DNA from: Eremomyces bilateralis CBS 781.70
Taxonomy: Eukaryota
Direction: 5' to 3' (one strand)
Length of the DNA stretch: 64,000 nucleotides
NCBI GenBank assembly: GCA_010015585.1
Contig: ML975164.1
The notes under the pieces are model-generated. The model did not search any database. It was given only the letters and a program-made list of their open reading frames with translations, and was not told the origin of the DNA. This document shows positions 52,006 through 61,750 of the stretch, in pieces. Position 1 is the first letter of the stretch; each line of letters opens with the position of its first letter. Both the position numbers and the translations under genes were made by a program.

Positions 52006-52841
52006 ATGCGGATACTCAAAAGATTGTCTTATTGTAATATAGCAGGAAACTCTAGTCGCTCATCAATTGTGCCAACCAGGTTACTCCGCTCGTCATCGTC
52101 CTACCATCCACCACTCTTCCGAGTTCAAAGGGGCTTGATAGCTTTCAAGAGTGATATAGCTGGAAGTAATAATTTGAGGACGAAATCCATCACAATGCAG
52201 AAACACTTCACCAAAGAGGCTTGCCCAGGTAAGTAAAGCCCTTTCCGACGGTACCATGGTCTAAACGGCCTTGATCATAGACCATTGGTATCGGGTCTAT
52301 TCAGCACATATTCGCTAACGCCGACTTGTGCAGTGGCGGGTCCCTATGTAAGCTCTACATATTTCAACTACAAGTACATACAGCAGCTAAACATAGATTC
52401 TTCTCGGTTTAGAGCCAAGCCATCTCCATCCCGTCTGGGCCTCTCCTGTTCGTCTCTGGCCAAATCCCAGCTGATGCCTCCGGCACCCTGGTGACTGGCT
52501 CCATTGGCGAATTGACAGCGGCATGCTGCAAGAACATTGAGGCAATTCTCAAGGAAGCTGGAAGCGCACTCGATAAGGTGGTTAAGGTGCGTACAGTATC
52601 ATTCCTATCTATCTATCCTATCTACCGATCCTTCCTGAGAAGCTATGGAGGCTGACGATCGATATCAACTATGATCCAACAGACCAACGTCTTCCTGGCT
52701 GATATGTCTTCCTTCGCCGAAATGAACGAGACGTATGCGAAGTACTTCCCGCATGCACCAGCGAGGAGCTGCGTCGCCGTGAAGCAATTGCCAAAGGGTG
52801 TTCAGGTCGAGATCGAGTGCATCGCTCTGGGTGCTAAGTAG
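52006..52841 (+). CDS. RidA/YjgF/UK114 enamine-imine deaminase (Mmf1/Hmf1-like); core start at 52195, alternative end at 52925
   Basis: [54 protein letters not shown]; introns 52229-52333, 52348-52412, 52587-52682, with a 14-nt micro-exon at 52334-52347. Confidence 0.93.
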
Positions 52842-53352
52842 GTAGGTCTCTTTGCGTGGAGGTTTTCCACCTTGAAAACAAATCTGACGGTGTTATGGCT
52901 TTTCAGTGGGCAAGCGAGATTGTAACGCAACGCGACGCAGACAAAGAATGGAAAATATTCGTATATAACTGCTTGCATTTGATTGTATCTGGAACATCGC
53001 ATACGGTTCGCGATCTTCTGCTCGCCAACGGAATGTGATGACCGTATTTCTAGTATGCACGTGTTTCAGGCACAATCTATACATTCCCTATCAATTCGGA
53101 AACCTCCTGCCTTAGTGACGACATTAGACAACCCGCCTTCTATTTTGTCAGTGTTAAGTTCCACGCAGGATGCGATGGTCATTATGGATTGCAAAGTGTG
53201 GTGGTGAATGCATTATTAGCCAATCAGACGCATAGCTCGTCGTCTTCCATCAGTCGACTTGAAGAGCCGGCAAACATGTCCATCTTCATTCAATCATTCC
53301 CCAATCTCCATCATCCACGATGACTTGATAAGGCTCTATTGGGGCCTCAATT

Positions 53353-54425
53353 ATGGCACCCGTATCGCCCATTCAAACCACTCGACTCCAGAACGGCGGC
53401 AACGACTCGGAGCTCAAATCACCACGTCTTGACCCCAATGTCCTCGATGTGTTCCTTGGGAATCTACACATTAAACCATGGTTTGCGTCCTTTTATCCCG
53501 AAGAACTTGTCGGCCCTAGGACAGAGAAGCTGTTCGTGTGTCCACATTGCTTCAAATATGTGCGGGAGGTGATGCCTTTCTTAGGGCATACGGTGAGATT
53601 CTTCCGAAACCATGTCGAAGAAGAGAAGCTAATACCTGGCGTAGGCAATTTGCGCGAATGATCCTTCGAATCCACCAGGCAGACTTATCTACGAGAAAGC
53701 CCCGTTCACAATCTACGAAGTTGACGGCGAAGAACACAAGCTATATACGCAGAACCTTTCGTTGTTTGCGAAGCTGTTCCTGGAGACCAAATCGGTATTC
53801 TACGACGTCACAACCTTCCTTTACTACGTTCTCGTCTACGCCGATCCGACCCAGAAGCAAGCGACGCCGCAAGTGGTCGGATTCTTCAGCAAGGAGAAAA
53901 TGAGCTGGGATAACAATAATCTGGCGTGTATTCTGGTCTTCCCTCCGTGGCAGAAGAAGGGGTTTGGACAGATCTTGATGGGCGCGAGCTATGAGCTCAG
54001 TAAGCGGGAAGGGCGACTCGGAGGGCCCGAGAAGCGTACGAGTATCGTTCCCCATCCTCGGTCCATGGACTAACCAGACCTCAGCGCTTTCCGAACTCGG
54101 TCGTAAAGGCTACATTTCCTTTTGGTCGGCCACAATTGCACGGCTCCTCCTCTCACAGCCGGTGAAGAAGACTCTGACGGTTCGCGAGATCCGCGACGAG
54201 ACGTATATCCTCCCCGAGGATATCATGACGACGTTGAAAGAGATGAAGGTGCTAGATCGGAGAAAGAAGGGACAGGCCAGTCTAGCCATCAATAAGGCGG
54301 AATTAAGAGTTTGGGCAGAGAAGATGAGGGTCTCGATGGTGCCTCCTATCGACCCGGGGGCGTTTATATTAGAAGATGAGGAAGAGGCCGTGGAGGAGGA
54401 TGAAGAAATGGAGGTCGATGATTAG
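53353..54425 (+). CDS. SAS2: MYST-family histone acetyltransferase, Sas2-like
   Basis: C2HC finger VCPHCFKY, QNLSLFAKLFLETKSVFYDV, VGFFSKEK, NNLACILVFPPWQKKGFG, GGPEK; two introns. Confidence 0.85.
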
Positions 54426-54986
54426 ATGCCATGTTTTTATGATACCCTAGGAGTTCGCATATGAATATCCTTCCGAAGTCTTGCTAGGCTAGAATAGGAC
54501 ATTACACTGCCAAAGGCCTATGCTAGGACGGATAGGCGACACTGCTCTCATGGTCTAAGTTGAAGCGACAATTCTCCAAGTCCAAATCTACAACCATCCT
54601 AGTCACGCGGTTAGTATTGTGAGTCAGATTGGGAGTAAGCCCGCAGCGAAATATAATCCAGTGCCGTTCGCATTCTTCTACCTTTTTCCTCCTAAGGACA
54701 GACTTTTAACTCGTATCCACATGATTTCCTAGAATACTTTGTGTCAGTGTCTAGAAACATTAACTACTTGATCAGACTTATAGGTCCCTGTCACGCCCTT
54801 AGAGTGGGGTTCAAGTGATAACTAATATCTTGTGTCAGCTCAAGGTGTACAGCCGTATCTGCTCCCATGATGGGGAAATAGAGACAGCAGCGATTCCTAT
54901 ATCTTAGGCGAAAGGCACAGTCCTAAATTCTCACTACTCCCCTCCCGTCTATTAGTATATTTATCGAGCTTTACGATATATCAAAC

Positions 54987-55937
54987 CTGTCTCGCCAATT
55001 CGAATATGTCACAGTGGACGTCTTCACGAAAGAGAAATATGTAGGAAATCCACTGGCTATTATCGAATTGCCCCCGGACGCAGCCATTTCACAAGCCGAG
55101 AAGCTGCTAATTGCTCGGGAGTTCAACTTCTCGGAAACCGTCTTTCTGCACCTTAATGCGGGCGGGACCGCTGCCGAATGGAATTTCGACATCTTCATGG
55201 TCGGCGCGGAGCTTCCTTTTGCGGGACATCCGACCATCGGGACGCTTTGGTATTGCGCCAATCATTATTTACCAAAAGAGGTGCTTCGACAAGAGACGGG
55301 AGATAGATGGATTCCGATCACTTTGAATGCAAAGGCCGGAAAGATCGAAGCTGGGTATAACCCCCGTACCGGCTTCGCGAAGGCGTCTATTCCACAAGAT
55401 GTCCATATCCACACGGAGACGCTCACGCAGACGAGTCTCCTAAGCTCGCAACCGGCGCTTCGGCAGTTCGCCGGCCAGATTCAGGAGAGGCTGCCCTTAG
55501 TTTCGATCGTCAAAGGCATGACCTTCGCACTTATTGAGCTTCCATCCGTCGAAACCCTGGGGTCAGTTCACTTGCCTCAGGCTCACCCTGACGTCGCCCT
55601 TGACGAAGGCTGGATGCCCTCGTTCGTCGGGACCTTTTACTTCTGTCGGATACGCAATGCCAGCGCACCGCGCCACACCGAGAAACTTCGGGTGCGAATG
55701 CTCCAAGAAAATATCGAGGATCCAGCCACGGGGAGCGGGTCGGCCGCACTGGGCTCGTACCTTGCGCTGCAGCGGAAAGAGGCTGGGGAGTTTCGATTCG
55801 AAATTACGCAGGGAATCGAGAGGGGGCAAAAGAGTGAGATCGTGGTGACGGTCACGGTGATTGAGGAAGGGAAAGTGGACAAGGTGGTGTTGGAAGGGAC
55901 GGCAGTACAGGTGATGAAAGGGAAGCTTGAAGTATGA
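54987..55937 (+). CDS. PhzF/DAP-epimerase-like isomerase; start codon apparently CTG
   Basis: VDVFT..GNPLA, AREFNFSETVF, ELPFAGHPTIG, EDPATGSG, ITQGIERGQKS; no in-frame ATG before these motifs. Confidence 0.85.
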   Translation: MSRQFEYVTVDVFTKEKYVGNPLAIIELPPDAAISQAEKLLIAREFNFSETVFLHLNAGGTAAEWNFDIFMVGAELPFAGHPTIGTLWYCANHYLPKEVLRQETGDRWIPITLNAKAGKIEAGYNPRTGFAKASIPQDVHIHTETLTQTSLLSSQPALRQFAGQIQERLPLVSIVKGMTFALIELPSVETLGSVHLPQAHPDVALDEGWMPSFVGTFYFCRIRNASAPRHTEKLRVRMLQENIEDPATGSGSAALGSYLALQRKEAGEFRFEITQGIERGQKSEIVVTVTVIEEGKVDKVVLEGTAVQVMKGKLEV

Positions 55938-56082
55938 CCTGAGACGGATGACATTTGGTCTGGAGTTACGAATAGGGAGAAGAGGAGATAGTGGTCGTAG
56001 TCACAGACTGCTTGGTCTAAGATACCTGACACGGTCTGGATGCGCAAGGTCTGCGATTACCAAGTTCATTAATCTAAACTGA

Positions 56083-56101
56083 AGAGAGAGAGAGAGAGAG
56101 A
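56083..56101. repeat. (GA)n microsatellite
   Basis: agagagagagagagagaga. Confidence 0.8.
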
Positions 56102-58115
56102 AGAAATCTCCCGGCACCTTTGTGCGCGAGATAGCGACTCTCCTCTCCAATGCCCTAATGCTGTGTTACCATGTTTGTTTGCTTCTCTGATATAATCCAC
56201 CAGCCACGTATTCAGCCACAACCAAGGGAACAGGCCGCAGGCCTGGGACCATAACAATACCTACCTATCTGCAAGTACACATGTACTGCTCCGAATTCGA
56301 AACCACTCCGCGGACTTGCCTCTCTCAAGTCCACGAGCCGACAGTATTGCTTTTCCGAAGACGCCAGGGCTTCACTCATTTACCGCAATAACGGCTCCAA
56401 CAATGTCAAAGCCAAGTCCTGAAACTGTTCCGGTTGAAGGAGAGGCGGGCGGGTCGCATATTTGCAAGCTCCTTGTCAATACGACCTTGCGGTATGCGAA
56501 AGGTGTAAACAATTACCTCACTTCATGCAGTTGATCGATCAAGCAATTTACCACGGTGCGTCCGCGGATCGCTTCTCCGCTATATTCTTAGCCATCGCTT
56601 GAAGAAGGGTAAGCCCATCCGCTGCCTCCGCGCAGGTGTCGAGTGCATGGTCGGGAACGACTCATGCTGAACCAGCGTTGGCATGGAATATGAGATATTT
56701 TTGTGCCGTTCTAACTTTCTCCTACCCAGTGGATGCAAAGGATGGAAATGAAGGGAGATGCTGCAAAAAAGGGATCTGAGACAGGACCGATGGTGTGGCG
56801 TTGCATGTCTCGAGTGCTGGGGATTACCGGATTGGAAGAAGGAGGGGTTGGGAGGCGCGCTTCGGGATGTCGTTGATGTTTGGGACTCGGACTTGGGACA
56901 TGCGATGTGGATAATGGGTAGTATGGGTAGGAGAGAAATGGATAGTGGTAGGGAATTATGCTCGACACCTCCGAACGTGAATAATAGTAAATTCAATCTG
57001 TTGAGGGACTTGCTTTCCATCTTCACGACTCGGAGCGTTCGTAAGATGTCTCCTCGGATATACACGGACATCGCCAGCCATGCGAAACTTTTACATTCAT
57101 GCCTTTGTCTCTGTGAAGAGACATTTACCTGCCTCACAATACGCCAATACGGAAACATTTGCACAATCCTGTAGCCATGAGAATGAGAAGTCTGTGGGTA
57201 TTCAAAGAAACGCAGACGACGTCCAACCCCCTCCCGGGCCTGGCCAATAATGATGACGCGAGCGATTGGGCGGTTCAGGGGCGTGCGTGTCCAGCGACCC
57301 ACTTGCGGACCTTCAAAGCCGAATCCGTAACAATCCATTTCTCCCATAGCATTCAACAATCATCATCTCGATAAACGCAAATGCCCCTCTCCATAACCCT
57401 TGAGACAAATGACAAGTAGATCAGACATCTTTCAAATCCCTCGATCCATTACGCTTCCGCTGGCCGCCTGGGACCTCCGCGGTCGCCTCCAAACACCAAC
57501 CGTATCAACCTCCTCGACCTCAAACACCACCATGCCTGCGCTATCGCCACCGCTTTTGACTCTTGAGCCGCATCATCCACCTTCAGCGCCAGAAACCCCG
57601 CGGCTCCCCTTGCTAATATTATCGCGAGAAGTCGCTCCGCAGCATGCGGACGATCCGGAGACGCGGCTGTTCGCTGATACAGGAGCAGCTTCATCGTGGG
57701 TTTCACGTCGCCAAGACGCCGTTTTGTAAAATGAATTTGATGCGCAGAGGGAGTCGCCAAGGTAGGTCTCTTAAAGGGCTGTATGCGCTCCGGGACGATG
57801 CTCGAGACTTTTCTCTGATGCAGCTTTTTCTCTTCTGTCGCTTGGACGTCGTGCTGTATTCTTGGGCCACGCCACGTCTTTAGTTGTCGTTGAGAGTTAC
57901 GTTCCTTTCTTTGGTTTCCTCTCGCATTGAATTCAAGTCACTTGCATTCCGCTCAGACGACGTTGACCGTGTCTGTTGTCGTTATTACGATCTAACCACT
58001 TTATACAATACCATCACCGCCTGGCTCGGTATTCATTCGTTCTCCTATACTCACTGCATAGCTATCGATCCGTCGATTGAACTATTGTCTTATCCCCGCC
58101 CTACGATTCAGCAAG

Positions 58116-59667
58116 ATGCGTTTCAGCACCGTGGTGACTACCATTGCTGTTGTTAGTGGTGTGGCCGACGTTGCTTTTGGCCAACGGGCATTTGGGGGCG
58201 GCCGCGGTAAAGGCCAGAACGGAGGGAATCAAGGCGGGAATCAGGGTGGCAATCAGGGTGGGAACCAAGGTGGAAATCAAGGAGGCAATCAAGGTGGGAA
58301 TCAGGGAGGCAACCAAGGTGGTGGTGGACAGAACAACCTCTGTCTTGCTGCGGCGAACGTTCAAGATGCTAGCACCAAAACTGGCCTTGAGGCCGGGGCC
58401 GAAGATGGTCAAGCTGCTGCTTTGACGTACGATCTGTCTCCTACCCAATGTTGCTGTTCTGTTTCTGACTTTCTCCAGGGATGACTCCAATTTCATCAAC
58501 TTCTGTACCGGCAAGACGACGACGAATGGACTACAGAACCGACAGGGGTCATGTAACGGCATTGGTACGCTCCCTTCCGCAATCCGCCTCCATCGAATCC
58601 GCTAATGCAATCCTACAGTGATGGGCGACATCCCCGCCCAGAACAAGATGACCTCCGCCATGTTCATCGCCCCCGCCTTCGGCGAAACCATTGAGCCCGA
58701 AACCGACTTCCAAATCCAAGTCCAAATGATCAACCTCCAAGCCGGCACCTTCACCAACCCGGACGTCACCTACTACAGCAACCCGCAAACCCTCAACAAC
58801 AACGGGGAGATCATCGGCCACGTCCACGTCACCGTCCAAGACATGGGCAACAACTTCAACCCCACCGAGCCACTGGACCCCACCCAGTTCGTGTTTTTCA
58901 AAGGCATTAACGACGAGGGCAACGGGAACGGGCTCCTGTCGGCGGATGTCGCTGGTGGGCTTCCGGCGGGAAACTACCGGGTTTGCACCCTCACTGGCGC
59001 GGGCACGCATCAAGTGGCCCAGATGCCGGTGGCGCAGCGAGGAGCTCAGGAGGATTGTCAGCGCTTTGAGTAGGTGGCTCTCTTTGTTGCATGCTGCTTC
59101 GTTTGCTAATTGACATCTAGGGTCGCGGCTGGCGGTGGAAACGGCAATCAAGGCGGTGGAAACGGCAATCAAGGCGGTGGAAACGGCAATCAAGGCGGTG
59201 GGAACGGCAATCAAGGCGGTGGGAACGGCAATCAAGGCGGTGGGAACGCCAATCAAGGCGGTGGGAACGCCAATCAAGGCGGCGGAAACGCCAATCAAGG
59301 CGGCGGAAACGCCAATCAAGGCGGTGGAAACCAAGGTGGGAATCAAGGCGGGAATCAAGGTGGGAATCAAGGTGGGAATCAGGCCGGAAACCAGGCTGGT
59401 CAAGGTGGAAAGGGCGGAGGGGCTGGCGGTGGCAGACGAAATGGAGGTGCCGCCGGCGGTGCCGGTGCCGGTGCTGCAACCAGCGACACAGCGGCCGGTG
59501 CCGGTGCTGCAACCAGCGGCACAGCGACCGGTGCCGGTGCTGCAACCAGCGGCACAGCGACCGCTGCCGGAGGCGCAGGAGGTGCGGGAGGTGCGGGCAG
59601 GTTTCAGCGAAAGGGGACAAAGTTCGGGGTCCCGAGCCGCTTTGGTGCTCGGCCGTTCGTGGCGTAG
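58116..59667 (+). CDS. Secreted protein with a Cys-containing globular core flanked by G/N/Q repeats
   Basis: Signal peptide MRFSTVVTTIAVVSGVADVAFG; core NFINFC..TNGLQ..GSCNGI|VMGDIP..GHVHVTVQ..FFKGIN..GNYRVCT..QRGAQEDC; three GT-AG introns. Confidence 0.85.
58221..58316 (+). repeat. 12-bp coding repeat (GGNQ)x8
   Basis: Read directly; synonymous variation between units. Confidence 0.92.
59131..59559 (+). repeat. Coding repeats: 21-bp (GGGN[G/A]NQ)x9, GGNQ x4, 33-bp ([A/T]GAGAATS[D/G]TA)x3
   Basis: ggcggtggaaacggcaatcaa units at 59131-59319; 33-bp units at 59461-59559. Confidence 0.92.
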
Positions 59668-60548
59668 GAGCGGACGGACTTGTTAGCATGAGCGTAGGTT
59701 ATTGAGGGGTGGGTGACTCTACATGGGGATCATCTCTGGAGGGATGTATTCGAGAGGTGTCGGGTCCCGTCGGGGTGGTGGGCGTCAGATCCGGATTGCA
59801 GGGCAGGATCGAGTATTGGCAGATGAGATAGCGGTTGATGGATGGACGGATGGTCAACTTTTCTTGATACAGTGTATATTCCCAGTTCTAGAAATGCTCG
59901 TTTGAGTAGAAAAGAACGGATGGTATTATTCATTCCATCAATTGTGACAAACTGATATCATTCTTCAAGTTACACCAGAGGAGACTCGCCGGAATCGTCA
60001 TATCATCATATCGAGCATTCTCACCGAGGGATTTAATGCAGCCAATGGTAATGCAGCGAAATTAGTCGGTGAAGGCTAGCGCTCAATCCAAACCGCTCCA
60101 TTGGCCAGAGTTGCCAGGGATTCCTTCACATGGAAACTGTCACGGGGGCGCTTTCCAATTGCGGGGGCATAGAGAGACTAGAATCGACGTCGGAAATGTT
60201 CCCAATAAATTCTATTAATTGCCGCCCATCCGTAGGAGTCCGGTATTCGATTTATTCCTACTGTATTCCAAGATGTCCCCTTTTAACTCTCCATTCATAG
60301 ATCCCTATTACCAGTCCTATCCTTTCAGGACGCAATAATAAATCATCCTCCCCTGCCAATCCAGTGCCCCGCGCCAGCAGCACGGTGACCTCATCAGCTT
60401 CAACCATTCAGCCCCACCAACGTCGTTGTCCCGTTATCAATCCCTCGCCGATAACCGCCACCTATCGTGATATTCTCGCCCTATCTATATCTCCAAACAT
60501 TCTTCATCCTCAATAATCCAGGGAATCAACCCGTGGGCCACATCCGGC

Positions 60549-61232
60549 ATGCCCTCCACATCTCCCCCCAACATCTTCCCCACCTACCTCCTCTCCCTCC
60601 CCTTCCGCCGCCGCTCCTCTACCCCCTCTACTCCCTCTCTCAGCACCTCCCCCTCCTCCTCCAACCCCACCCCATCCTACCTCTCCGGCCACGCCTCCTA
60701 CCTCCGCTGCTCCCGCTGCCTCACCGATCTCTGCAGCACTTCCCAGATCATCAGCAAAGGTTTCACCGGCCGTCACGGCCGCGCCTACCTCGTCGCGCCC
60801 CCGGCCTCCAGCCTCCAAGCCATCGACCCCTCCGCGTCGCCGAACCAGGTCAAGAACTCGGGGAATTTGCTGAACACCTTCGCGCACAAGGCGATGCCCC
60901 GGCAGCTGGTCACCGGCGCTCACACTGTCTGCGACATCTCGTGCACACTGTGCGGTGCGGTGTTGGGGTGGAAGTATATTGCGGCGGAGGACGAGGCGCA
61001 GAGGTATAAAGTGGGGAAGTTCATTTTGGAGACAAGCAGGGTGTGTAAGTCGGTGTGTTGGGAGGGGGAAGGGGAGGGGATGGTGGTGGAGGAGGGGTAC
61101 CGGAAGAGTGAGGAGGAGTTCGAGTTCGACAGTCAGGATGAGGATGAGTGTGAGGATTTGTTTTCGGGGGTGTGGAGTCCGGCGTTGGCGAAGAGGCGGA
61201 GGAGGGCGAGGTTGGGGAGGGTGAAAGAATGA
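60549..61232 (+). CDS. Yippee/Moh1-family zinc-binding protein
   Basis: CSRC, IISKGFTGRHGRAYL, RQLVTGAHTVCDISCTLCGAVLGWKY, QRYKVGKFILE. Confidence 0.93.
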   Translation: MPSTSPPNIFPTYLLSLPFRRRSSTPSTPSLSTSPSSSNPTPSYLSGHASYLRCSRCLTDLCSTSQIISKGFTGRHGRAYLVAPPASSLQAIDPSASPNQVKNSGNLLNTFAHKAMPRQLVTGAHTVCDISCTLCGAVLGWKYIAAEDEAQRYKVGKFILETSRVCKSVCWEGEGEGMVVEEGYRKSEEEFEFDSQDEDECEDLFSGVWSPALAKRRRRARLGRVKE

Positions 61233-61750
61233 CGGAATGAATGAAATTGCGATCGATCGAGTTTGAAGGCTACGCAGATTCTTTCATGGGAGGGCTACCA
61301 TCACCCTAGACAGCTGCTTATCAGGAATTGGCGTTGGACGGATTTTCTCTTTCCTTTTTCTTTGGTCACACACGGCGAATGGGACCTGGCTTTATTCGGG
61401 GTATACCCAGGGGGAACGAAGGCATGAGATACCCTACTTCTGAGGAGCAATGATGGTTAGGACTACTGGCACCTAATAATATATTAATAACCAAGACTAC
61501 TCATAGTAATGTAGCATCGAATAATGGCATTTTATTTAATCCACACCAGTCGTGATCAGTGAGGGTGACCTCGAGAGGCAATTACGATGGACGGCTTGCA
61601 ATCACTGACTGGGCAATACAATCGCAGCTTCATCCCAGCATACAGGCAATCGCTTCCTTGTAATGAATATGTTTCGATGTTTATTCAGTTCGTCGAGAGC
61701 GCAATCATCCCCTTCAAATCTACAACATGCTCTAACCAAACATTCTTCCA

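Noticed and set aside
55932..56072. GTATGA donor overlapping the PhzF stop as a second cryptic-PTS1 case
   Set aside because: The best branch/acceptor gives ...VCDYQVH*, with no targeting signal and a weak AAG acceptor.
56102..58050. 259-aa ORF 56580-57359 and neighbours
   Set aside because: No codon bias or motifs; likely the promoter/leader of the secreted repeat gene.
59131..59319. 21-bp array as a possible CRISPR
   Set aside because: No spacers, in-frame coding repeat, eukaryotic context.
58549..59689. Repetitive ORFs in other frames (TALIAVS, HRLDCR, ETAIKAV repeats)
   Set aside because: Alternative-frame readings of the G/N/Q repeat; only the + spliced frame has a signal peptide and conserved core.
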